A DNA stretch of 63,760 nt, the filler included, from Reticulomyxa filosa (taxonomy: Eukaryota > Protista > Foraminifera): NCBI GenBank assembly GCA_000512085.1. It is 19 parts of 19 records of this genome, joined end to end, with 100 filler letters (N's around TTAATTAATTAA, not from the genome) between each part and the next. Parts side by side here need not be neighbours in the genome. Positions count along the whole stretch, not along the records: positions 22,276 to 43,101 come from ASPP01037485.1; 18 more parts are not named here. The stretch is one strand, 5' to 3'. Under the pieces are notes generated by a model that saw nothing but the letters and a program-made list of their open reading frames with translations, did no database searches and had not been told where the DNA came from. How positions within the stretch are numbered: the first letter of the stretch is position 1; the number at the start of each line of letters is the position of its first letter. This document shows, piece by piece, positions 23,648 through 34,600 of this stretch. A program made the position numbers and the translations under genes.

Positions 23648-25186
23648 TTATGACTTATGTTGTGACATTTCATTTAAAATAAATTTCACTAATTGTTCAA
23701 TATCATATCTTGATTCCGCTTTAATCTGGTCATTCTCAATAGCTAAAATTAGTTTTTCACAGTCTTGTTGTGCTCTCCGGCAAATAATCACGTTATCGTC
23801 ATATCCTAGCACAGTGTCTTTAATTTGTATAACCGATTTTTTTATAGGACTTAGCAAACGATTCGATAGTGTAATTAAATCCTGTTTTCGAGCAATCGTC
23901 AAATGACGTGCCAAATCCTGAATCACTGAATATTGTTCCATAGGATCTGCAAAAAATGCTACTAATGTTTTGGCCTTTGATGTTTGTCTGCTCTTGTAAA
24001 TGGTTTCAGCAATAGTCCCAACAATATTAGAGCCTGGAATTGGGATAGCAGAAAGACCTACCTTTGTAGCAGAAATATACCATGGCACGTTGGGATCGAC
24101 TTTTCCACTATAAAGCACACGTGCAATTAAAAATTTATTATTTAATGTTGCAATTACTGTCTCGTAGTATACATTTAGTTTAGTATTTTTTCTAATTGTA
24201 TTCATTATTATTATTTTTTTTTTTTTCTCTTGATGTTCTTCAACAATTGCTCTTAATGTATCCTTGCCAATCTCGTCTGATGAGTCAATATCACTATTTT
24301 TCTTTTCTCCGTTATTATCTATAAATATATCTTGCAAATTCTCATTTGGATGTTCTCTGCTGGCCTCAATAAATACTGGTAAAAGATTTTGCTCAACATT
24401 ACTTTCCACTTTGTGTCCAGTTGACTCTTCTTCAATGACTTTTTCTTCGGATTGTGATTGTACCCATTTATCATTTTTTTGATCCTGTGCATTTAATGTA
24501 TTTTCTTTTTGTAAAGGCTGCACTTTTACATTTTCATGGTATTCTTGAATAAAATTTTCAAGAACAATAATTTCAAAACACTGCCAAATATTGTCTATGT
24601 TTATACTGCTTTCTTTACGAATCGTATCACTGGGGCTAATCTTTGCAGAATGCAAAGAAGCTATTATCTCTTGTGCATAGCACCTAATATCGTGATCTGT
24701 ATCATTTAAACAAAGTGTCAATTGATTCAGCACGCCTTCTATTGCGGCTGCTGGTCCCATCATATTCAATGCCTCTGCTGCGTTATAGCGAACAAATTTA
24801 TTTTCATCCCTCAAGGCCACAGTCAATGCATTCAATACATCTTTTGTTGCTACAGCTGGCCCAAAACCACCCAACGTTTTAGCTGCATTAATACGAGTAC
24901 AATAATCATTTTCACTCAAAGCGACAACCAGAGTATTTATTAATTCTTCTATAACAATCGATTGGCCTATCAAACATAACGTCTCTGCTGCTCCTTTGCG
25001 AATATAATGATATTCATCATTTAAAACAACAGTAGTTAATCCTTTCAATACATTTTCAGTTGCTGCTGCTGGACCAAATGTACTCAACGTCTTTACTGCC
25101 TTCAAACGAACAAGCTCTTCTTTGTCTTTCAAAGCAATCGTCAATCCTTCCAACACACTTTTCGTAACCGAGGCAGGTGCCATCAA
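23648..25186 (-). CDS. Segment 5: HEAT repeats, acidic linker, C-terminal helical/hydrophobic domain
   Basis: 35-aa repeats of the form LxxALxDxxxxVRxxAAxxLxxxGPAAAxxxVL and a C-terminal VGLSAIPIPGSNIVGTIAETI. Confidence 0.85.
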   Translation of the reverse strand: MMAPASVTKSVLEGLTIALKDKEELVRLKAVKTLSTFGPAAATENVLKGLTTVVLNDEYHYIRKGAAETLCLIGQSIVIEELINTLVVALSENDYCTRINAAKTLGGFGPAVATKDVLNALTVALRDENKFVRYNAAEALNMMGPAAAIEGVLNQLTLCLNDTDHDIRCYAQEIIASLHSAKISPSDTIRKESSINIDNIWQCFEIIVLENFIQEYHENVKVQPLQKENTLNAQDQKNDKWVQSQSEEKVIEEESTGHKVESNVEQNLLPVFIEASREHPNENLQDIFIDNNGEKKNSDIDSSDEIGKDTLRAIVEEHQEKKKKIIIMNTIRKNTKLNVYYETVIATLNNKFLIARVLYSGKVDPNVPWYISATKVGLSAIPIPGSNIVGTIAETIYKSRQTSKAKTLVAFFADPMEQYSVIQDLARHLTIARKQDLITLSNRLLSPIKKSVIQIKDTVLGYDDNVIICRRAQQDCEKLILAIENDQIKAESRYDIEQLVKFILNEMSQHKS

Positions 25187-28100
25187 GCCCAGTATCTCAA
25201 CTCGCTTTGACGAATATACCAGTCTTCGTCTTTCAAAGTCATTAGCAATTCATTCAACACACTTTCTGTTACCGCGGCTGGTCCCAGCAAACCCAATATC
25301 CTTACTGCGTTCTGTCGATTGTACTTACTTGCGTCGCGCAAGAAAGTGCTTAACTGATACAATATCGGAGCTATCGTTGCTGAACCAAATCTACTCAATG
25401 CCTCTAGTGCGTTATTACAAACTTCAATATCTTCATCATTTAAAGCCCTTGTTAGTTGATCGATTACATTTTCTATCGCTGCAGCGGGTCCCATCAAACC
25501 CAAAACCTTTGCTGCATTCTGCCGAATGTATCTATTTTCGCTTCTCAAAGCGGTAGCCAATTGACTCACCATATCCTTTGTAGCCGCTTTTGGTCCCAAT
25601 GAACAGAGTACGTTTGTTATCGTTACTTTGATATAATCGTCTTTGCTGTTTAAGATAACAGCCAATTGGGTTACTATGTCGTCTATTGCCGCGACTGGTC
25701 CCAATAAGCCCACTGTTTTTATTGCTGTTTCGAGAACACTGAGATCGTCTTTCTTCAATATAAGAACTAGTTGGTTTAATATACTCTCTGTGGCCGCCTC
25801 GGGTCCTATCAGACCTATTGACTGCAATATTTTTAAGCGAATGGTTTCATTCTTATCTCTCAAGGCAATTTCTAATTGGGCCAGCATAGACTGCGTTTGC
25901 TCTTTTCCAATTCCATTTACTGCCCTCAGGTATTTTACAATATTGCTTGCTTCCTCATTGATAAAAATATCTTTGACTCTTTTGTCAAATTTCTCTAAAA
26001 ACTGGAGCAAATTACTCTTAAAGTGTTGCACGTCAATTCGACTTGATGATGTAAAAAAATTTTTGAATTGGTTGTGATACACAGCATCGATTTGTTTAAA
26101 CAAGTTATTTTGTGGTGGATGATAGCGAAAGAATAATGCTTGTGGAATACTTTGAACAGTTGATGAAAATGTTGTGTTTGCAATTATTACCTGTTCGAGC
26201 TGACATCGTCCGCTTGGCAATGTCAATTCTGTTAATCCAGTTGAATCAAGCAATTTACATTCTTGAATATCCAACACAGACAATACATTACTTCCTGTCG
26301 AAATATTTTCAATAATTGAACATCCACTGAGATATAATGACTCCAAGGCAGGGGCCTTCAATTTCAAACTCGTCAGGGTGACAGCACCAATCATTCTCCA
26401 TTTTTTTAAAACTAACATTACATGTGATATTTCCACTTTTGTTAATTGCCTGCAATTATTTGCTTGAAAGCATTCCAATTTCATGGCTTGAAGTTTGCCT
26501 AATATGGTCAAACCTGATTCGTCTAAAACTAATTCAGTTAATGATGGAAACATAAGTAATAAAGTTCCTTGTAATTGAGAGCAACGTCTTGCTATCAGAG
26601 TTTGCAATGTTTGACATTGTTGTGCAACAATGCTGAGAGCTTTGTCATTTATATTCGAATCGCTAACATTCAACCAACTTAAATTGTGCATTCCAGAAAG
26701 GAAGGTCTGGATGGTCATAGGAAGATTTGCTCTTATTCTATCAGGACGATAGGAATCCCAAATGTTAAAATTGAAGCCACGTAGAGATAACTCTTCAAAA
26801 GAATGCAATTGCACAATTTGTGATAATTTTAGGTGTTGTTCATCTGTCAATCTATTCCAATCGAAAGGAAGCAAGCCGTGTTCAGCGTCTCCTTTTAGTA
26901 CCAATGACTTATGTTCTACTGAAAGCAACTCTTCAAATGGTTTAAAACTTCCTAACGACAGCTGCTCACAAATTTTTTCTAGTTGCTGTTGTTGATGGCT
27001 CAATTGATCAAGTTCTGCCAATGCCTCAGCTGGTGTTAAGTCTTTCAATTCCCAGTAAGTTGTCTCCAGGACATCACTCACTTGCAAGCTGAACCAAGCA
27101 CGAGACAATGTATGCAGTGCGCGTGTGTTGGATTCCAATACGCCATGTTGGTTCAATTTATATCTTCCCAGTTGGGCTAATCTTTGGATTGGAGACTTGT
27201 ATTTCTTCAATGCATCGTTGTAAGTAATTCCTACTTTGGGATGAATTTGGATAAGGCATTGTAATCCTGTTACATCTGGATAATGCTGTAACAAAGTGCG
27301 AAGCCTCAACCATCGACTGTATATAGCAACTGCGTCTCCTTTTTTTAGAGGGATCGGAATGGTACAACTTTTATTTGAAGCGTGATGCCAACGATGAAGA
27401 ATTTGAGAAGAAAATAATTTTCCATACATCTCATTTTGTGATTGCGTATCTCGAAATATAGAGTCCATTGTTTGTCTTACATCCAACGCCAAAAATCTGT
27501 CTCTTGCTGTCGAATTTATTTGACGATGCATATGATCAAAACAAAACAAAATTGTTTTAATTTGCAATTGAAGAGTTCCGCTATCTTTATCCGGAAGCCA
27601 ATCAGGAAATAATGCATGATCGTGATCAATGCTCACCAATGTATCTGTTTCATTATTTAAAGGCTTGACGATATAATTGGTTGGCAAGCCATCTTCTGGA
27701 TTCGTTAATAGTGAAACGAATAACAACTCGGTATAATGTTGATGATCTAATTTATTTAATCTCTCTGGCTCTTTTTTCAAGAACTTTTTGTAACGTAGGT
27801 CCATGAATAGCCTCAGAACAAAGGACCGGTATTGAAGTACCATTAGCATATGTCAAACATACCAATTCACTGTGATATGTTCCATGGCCTATTATTCGAT
27901 AGTGAAATTGCTCCATCAAATAACTCATTCCTGGCATTTCGGGCCAAGCCTTGGCATAAATTATTGGTGGTACATTGGACTCCACTCTTACTGGAATCAC
28001 ATCTCTTTGTCCACCGGATATCGTACTTTTCCTATACTCTCCAGTCTCATCTAATAACTGAGCAGCTATGTTTCCCTTTAATGGCTTGCATCCACCAATC

Positions 28101-31100
28101 AATGGACTATTAATTGTGGGTTCATTTGCTTTTGGTGCACGCTCTTCTACTAACATTTGAAGAATGACTCTCCATCTCTTTTTTTCTTCTTTCCAAAATG
28201 TTGTTTCTCCACGTTTATCTGGCAAACGGTGCAACGCAGTTAAGACATCACCAATAAACTTTTTAGTAATCTCATCTGACTTTTTTTGACGAAGAATTAA
28301 AATTTGACGAAATGCTACTCGAACGTCGATACCATCTAATAATTGATAAACACTTTGATATGTTTTCAAATCATTGCATTTTATCAATAATGCATCAATA
28401 AGTCGTGATAAAATTGATTTGTCGTTTTTCAAATCAATACCCAGTTCTTTTTCGCATTTTTTTAATGCATTCATCCATGACTTATGTGCCTCATCAAATG
28501 CGGGTCGTAACAATGTAAACAATTGGCATCGAGAACGGGGCGATGCGGACGAAAATTCTTTTCCATCTTGTTCTTTCCGGTACCATTCAACAATAGACTC
28601 ATTTACACTACTATTTTGTTGTTTTTTTTCGTCTTTCCATTGCTGTATTCGTTTAATCCATTGGGGATGATAATTTTGAATTTCTTGTTGGCATTTATCT
28701 AACCAATTATACGATTGGTGGCAATTGATATCACTATTCGAACACGCTCTTTTATATGCTTCAAGCTCCGTCACAAATATAGCCTTCTCTTCAGGGACAA
28801 CAAGCAAGTCCTTGCACACTCCCAGTAATTCTGCATGTAGGTCAGCTTGCACACAATTGACAGCCCAATTACGAATTAATGATTGATGCCAAATATTCCA
28901 TTGATTGATTTTGCAAAGTGCAAGGATATATCGCTGATTTTGCGCTTGTACTTCTATAGCCATGCCCTCAATGTTGTGAGGGCTCAAACAAAAACGAGCT
29001 CGATAGCATTTGATAACCTCATCTGTTTCATTGAATTTTGCATAAACTAACATGCAACCAAGTGCATCAACTTGATGAATCATCACTTTCTTCAAAAAAT
29101 AGTGGATTTTCTTCATCTTTCCATTGTTTTACACGTTGATAAAGAGGCCACAAAGTTGCGAACAATTGTGTCAATTGATTTTGTTCTTTTGGACTGAGAC
29201 GATAAGGTCGCGCTACTGAAGAAGAAACTTGCGTATTTGGTCGGTATAACCATTCATGAGCAGATTGACAATACATTTGAGTTTTAATACGCCACTCCAA
29301 CGCCTGATGAAGTAGTGAATTCAAAAGATGAATTGTTTCATTACAAACTGCGCCTACTTTTTGTAAAGCGTCTAATTGATCTAGTGCGTGTCCAATTGCC
29401 AAGCCGTAATATAAACTTAAAGCCAACACAATTTGTTGAGGTAGTCGATATAACTGTTCCTTCACAAATATTCCAACGTGTCCTTTTTCTAACGCACTTA
29501 CTGTTTGTGACATTGGGTTGAGGGTTTCCACAATTTGTTGAACAATCCCTAGAGACATATCTTTTTGTAATTGATGCGGCTTTAACCAATTTCCTAAATT
29601 AGTCTTTAAATGTTTACGCAAGGAATTTTGATAATGCAAAAATAACTCATCTGATCCAACCACTTTCTGGCAATTCAACAGGATTTGACGATCCGTCAAT
29701 GTCCAGTTTTCAACTTTTTGAATGCTAACCAAGTCAGTTGGCGTATGAAGCAATAGATCTGGATTTCGGTGAGGCATATAGAGACGATTCGCATGCAATC
29801 CACTGCAAATGATTTGTGATTGTTCATTATGATTGTCAAATAACTTTAAAAATTCTTCAGAAGTCTCTCCTAAACCAACTAATGTTATCTCAAACATGGA
29901 ACTAGATTTTATAAAGTATTTACGAATTTCAATGTTATCTTCTGCAATTAAACAAGCACACTCAATGTCCGAATAAGGTGTTGCTTCCTCACGTCCCAGC
30001 GATCCTAACGCTAACAATGCATATTCACAAGGAGGTGGAGGCAATCGATCCACAACAAATTTCCAAATTATTTTCAACATACTGCACAATCCCTTTGTAA
30101 TCTGTTTTGTAACCTCGAGTGGAGAAGTATCTTTTTTTGCTGTACATTGTTGGCGTAACTGCGCCAACTTCCTTTTCCATGTATCGTACAATTGCAGTGG
30201 AACTGATTTTGTACTGGGTAATGCCTGTGCCAAAATCCGTATTTGTTGACTTGATGCCTGTCTTTGCCATAACAATGCATTGGGCAAAGCAAGATGGTTC
30301 GCCGCTATTGTCCAAGCAACTGTTGCATAGCCCATTGCTTGGCGATAAATATCGACTTTTCCTTGTGTGTCATCCACACAAAAGATATTGGATAACGTGG
30401 CATCACTAAGTGATAATAAACATGCAATTGCAAGCTGAGGAATTGATTGCATGGACTCCATTGCCAATGCTTCATATTCTAAACAGCATATTGATAATTG
30501 ATGTTCTCTCATCTTTTTTTTGCAAATTGCTGAGCTTTTGAAAAAGACAGTCGAATGTCTTGAGCACGGTCATATTTCGCTTGCAACGAGATTTGAATAT
30601 CCAAATCAAGATGATCGGGCCAATATATTGGCGGTTGTAGATAAGAGATTACCTCAATATGTTTATGCTTCAGTGTTTCATGCTCAGGACGATTACCATC
30701 GACAGTAATTATAGATATATTCGCTCGATGTTCTAAAAGCCATAAAATTGCTTCAAGTTGCCCATTACGGGCTGCTTTATGCAATGCAGTACAACCACAA
30801 TGATTTGTTTGATTTACGTCCAATTCAGGAAACGTGTCCACTATCCATTGCATTACCTGATATTGCCCAATTGCGGCTACGGCATGAAAAAGAGTTTCTC
30901 CTTTTTCATCAACTTTATTTATCATTTTTTTAATTAACTCTGGAGGCATATGTTCTTCCAACCATTTTGTTGCGTCTTCAGCATTTTGACTTTGTTTCAC
31001 TCCATTTGCCCAATAAAAGAGTATGTTCTGTTTCTTTTCATCGCATACCTGTATTAAAGATTTATCACATCTCAAATACTCTGCAGCATCACTCCATTTT

Positions 31101-31243
31101 CCATGATACAATGCATCAAGAAATAATTCGTGTGAGGACGTATTTGGATTGTTTTGCACTGTAGTCCAGTCTAGATTGTCTTTCTGTATCCATTGTTCTC
31201 CTGTTAGAGACCCACTTCTTGGCAGGTTTGATTCAGTTGCCAT
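23648..31243 (-). CDS. Giant multidomain protein (~2530 aa): ankyrin, GlnD/GlnE/DUF294-type nucleotidyltransferase, atypical (PI3/4K/HipA-like) kinase, LRR, HEAT repeats, C-terminal domain; split by 4 single-base frame breaks
   Basis: Five overlapping same-strand ORFs. Motifs continue across the breaks (GPTLQKVLEK/EPERL and RQS/VEILGLMAPAS). The 7596-nt span is divisible by 3 and contains no intron-like stretches. Confidence 0.8.
25183..29116 (-). CDS. Segments 3-4: helical linker, atypical kinase-like domain, LRRs, first HEAT repeats
   Basis: IYAKAWPEMPG (beta3 Lys), PVLCSEAIHG, LLTNPEDGLPTNYIV (DxxxxN catalytic loop) and LVSIDHDH (DFG-equivalent). LRRs include LSWLNVSDSNI, LTELVLDESGL and LESLYLSGCS. 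Confidence 0.75.
29067..30512 (-). CDS. Segment 2: Pol-beta-superfamily nucleotidyltransferase (GlnD/GlnE/DUF294-like) with helical substrate-binding domain
   Basis: PPCEYALLALGSLGREEATPYSDIECACL (GS-x-GR-x-E-x4-SD-x-[DE]) at ~29950-30035, and downstream VKEQLYRLP. Confidence 0.8.
   Translation of the reverse strand: MREHQLSICCLEYEALAMESMQSIPQLAIACLLSLSDATLSNIFCVDDTQGKVDIYRQAMGYATVAWTIAANHLALPNALLWQRQASSQQIRILAQALPSTKSVPLQLYDTWKRKLAQLRQQCTAKKDTSPLEVTKQITKGLCSMLKIIWKFVVDRLPPPPCEYALLALGSLGREEATPYSDIECACLIAEDNIEIRKYFIKSSSMFEITLVGLGETSEEFLKLFDNHNEQSQIICSGLHANRLYMPHRNPDLLLHTPTDLVSIQKVENWTLTDRQILLNCQKVVGSDELFLHYQNSLRKHLKTNLGNWLKPHQLQKDMSLGIVQQIVETLNPMSQTVSALEKGHVGIFVKEQLYRLPQQIVLALSLYYGLAIGHALDQLDALQKVGAVCNETIHLLNSLLHQALEWRIKTQMYCQSAHEWLYRPNTQVSSSVARPYRLSPKEQNQLTQLFATLWPLYQRVKQWKDEENPLFFEESDDSSS
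30509..31243 (-). CDS. Segment 1: ankyrin repeats
   Basis: GETLFHAVAAIGQYQVMQWIV and GCTALHKAARNGQLEAILWLLEHRANI. Confidence 0.9.
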   Translation of the reverse strand: MATESNLPRSGSLTGEQWIQKDNLDWTTVQNNPNTSSHELFLDALYHGKWSDAAEYLRCDKSLIQVCDEKKQNILFYWANGVKQSQNAEDATKWLEEHMPPELIKKMINKVDEKGETLFHAVAAIGQYQVMQWIVDTFPELDVNQTNHCGCTALHKAARNGQLEAILWLLEHRANISIITVDGNRPEHETLKHKHIEVISYLQPPIYWPDHLDLDIQISLQAKYDRAQDIRLSFSKAQQFAKKR

Positions 31244-31669
31244 TTTATAAAAGACTGAACAATTAGAATAAGATCAATGCTTATCAATGAAAACTTAATG
31301 TTTTGATGACACCCCTCCCCTCTTTTTTCACAAAAACCAAGCGCGATTTGATAGGTCAGACAAAGAAAATAGAGTCTGCTCTAGAACTTTTTTCCTTCAA
31401 TTTTTTTTTGCGTTTTCTTTTACTTAATCATCATTTTATGTTGAAAGTTAAAGAAAAATTTTCGGAAAAATTCCTTGCCTAAAATTTATGCAGTGTGCAA
31501 CAAAATTTTCCTCAAAGGAAACGCGTTTAGCTTTCCTTGAAGTATGTCAAAGCGACGGAACAACACAGACATGGATCCATTCGGAGTGACATTTTTTAAA
31601 AATGTCCTGTGGAGAACATTCGCTGATATCGATATATTTAACATCACTAATCATTGAATTTGTAGATTC

Positions 31670-34600
31670 AAGACCCAGCGACCCTTTCAATCTTTTTTAT
31701 GTCCGTCGACAATAAATAATTAACGTAAACGATCCTCCACTTCCTATTTTTCAAAAGAGACTCCATTTTGTTTTAACAAAAAAAATTGTTGATTTTTTTT
31801 AACTGTCGAAATATTAAAGGAAATGGCGATTCTGTGTTGGCATGGATAAGCAAAACAATTAATTTTTCTTCGTTGTTATTTGTAGCATTATAAAACAAGT
31901 AATGTTCGAATTGAAGAATATGTATAATTTGTTCCAATTGATCCTCACTTTTGGGTGTATAACGGTATTGCAAGATTAAAATGCCATCCGAGATTTTGTC
32001 ACTGAAAAAATCTTTAATCATTTTTTCAAATTGGACAACTTTTGTGAATGATGAAATTTTTTTTGTGTAATGGAGCCACTCTATTGGAATATTATGTTCC
32101 ATATCATTGGTGATTGCCATTACCATTTGATTTTTGGCGTTCTTTTGCTGAGTTTTCACAGCTGTTTCCTATTTTATTTGTATCAACACATAGAGAAAAA
32201 GACCATGCCTATTAAAGTTAAAAAAAGAGTTATTCTTGAAAGTGACAATTTCCACTTACCAAAGAATACATTTGAGTATCTGCGTTAATTCGTATTTTGG
32301 TAACTGCTTCTGGTCGACACAAAAGAAAAAATAAATCTAACAACTGCAATTTCAATTCCTCGAGATCAAATTGAACATTATCCAATGTTATATTTGTTGC
32401 TTGAGTTTGTTCCTTTTCTTCGTCATCCTTGGTTTCTTTTGTTTTCATTGTTTTTTGTATGCCCAAATATAGTAATGCTGATGACATAGTGTCATCACAG
32501 TACCCATAAAAGACTTCGGTCAAGTATTTTGTCCCAAAATGTGTAGTGAGCATACATTCTGCATAACGAATATACTTTTCAAAATTTTTTGACAATGGAT
32601 CACGATAAGATATGAGTTGTTTCTCAAAACGACTAAGAAATACAATCTTTTTATTGATATTTGAGTTTGTAAATGTAAATATTTTAGGACAGAAAATGAG
32701 AAAAACAGTAAACTGGTATATTTGGGCCGTGAGCTTCCTGTTTCTGAACAACAACAACACATTTGAAATTTTCATGAACACGACAATCTCTGCTTTCGTT
32801 TCCCAATGCCACTCGGCAATATACATTTCCTTTATATTTATTTTTTTCAAATGATTTTGATACAAAAAGATATATAATAAAAAGGCAAGATGCAAATACC
32901 TGAAGATTTTTTTTTGTACATTTGATTGAACACCTCGCATAAACTTTGGTATATACCCTCCAAATTTCTTAAAATAACAGTTTTTCCAGTCTCCATGCAA
33001 TCAATAATTTTATTTAATTGATTGTAATTGCTAATATTCGAATAAGTGTCATAAGTAAAATAACTTCCAAATAGAAACACGTGACCGTAATTCAAGATAT
33101 TGCATTCCGAAAGTAGTTGCCAAGAATAATGCTTTTCGCTTATGATCATACAATGCCTAGTGATTGTCAAATCATCGAATGATTGAATGCATTTTTTCTC
33201 CATTAAATTTCTTTGCACACATCTAGCAGGAGTCAATGCTTGAAATTCTTGAGAAATATCATTTTCTGTTAGGTTCAACACTTTTGCAAAAATCTCACAC
33301 AATTTCTCCCTGGATTTACTTGAATCAAGGCCACCAAAGTTACGAAGATAGCCTTCCAATGATTTGTTTTGGGGTGACCTAACAAGAGTAGCTTGGTGTT
33401 TCATCAGTGCATAAAAGTCACACGCTCCAAAAAATTGCCTATTTCCATTAGGACTAAATACACCTGTTTCACAGTGAACTATCTCTTCATATACGTTTAT
33501 TATTTTTCTAATATCTTGATCTAAAAAAGTATCATTATAGACAATTGATTTTGCAGTTTTAATCAAGTCATCGTGGCCCAGGGAAGGAATAACACGCATT
33601 ACCATTCGGTCCATCTTTGCAGCGTCCAAATTCCAATTGGAAATACCAACGATTGAGATTTTGGGATTTTTTAACAAAAAGTGTAATATTTTCAAAGGTT
33701 CATAGGGAGATTGTTCTGCCAAACCAATTTCATTAAATAATAAGAATGGGGTGATTTTTTGATCCTCGGAATATCTTATTGTTTCACTCCATATTTCATG
33801 GATGGCACTTGCTTCGCAGCTTCTTGTGCCTTGGAATGAAATACAATGCAATGGTTTCACATTGAAATGAAATTGTTTTTGTTTCAATTTTGTGCTAATC
33901 TTTTCAATATTATGATGGGATAAAACATTAAGCATGATTCGCAAAGATAAAGTTTTGGAAGTGCCAGGCTTCCCAATCAATGTTATGGGAGTGGCTGTGG
34001 CAATATAAAAAAATAAGACGAACAAATTTTCTTTTAAAATATGATGCACTGCTACGTGGGGTGAAATTTCAAAGCATTCAAAAAAATTCTCTATTTCTTC
34101 GTTCAGCATTGCCGAAAATTGATGCTTATTTTTTTTGGATATGATTTCACTATATTTTGCTCTTCCACTTTCATCTAATCGAAAGTAATAGCACAAACCC
34201 AATGCAATATTTAATGCCCTTTCTGTCCATGTCACTGATTCATGTGCCTGGGGTTGACGCATTAACCAATAGAAAATGCTGAGACATCTACTCACATCAC
34301 GCAATGATATAATAGATTCATTGATCAAATGTCTACGCAAAAATTGCTGTGACTTCACAATATTTGCTGTAATCTCTAATTTTAATGATTCAATTTTTTT
34401 GTACACACTTTGATCGTAAAATCTGACCATGGCCAGAATGGATTCTTCTTCGTTCCATTGGCCAAGGTGCCAAACATATTCTTTCATGGTTTCACACAAT
34501 GGAAATACGCGATACACCCATTTGCTCGATAAATCGTTTACATTTATATTTTCAGTATTTTTTATTTTTCGTGGTCGATAAGAATTACATGTTGCAATAA

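Noticed and set aside
23648-31243. A five-gene bacterial operon with translational coupling (ATGA at 30509-30512, TGATG at 25181-25185)
   Set aside because: Two junctions cut through the middle of the kinase domain and a HEAT repeat and are healed by one base. One frameshifted gene fits better.
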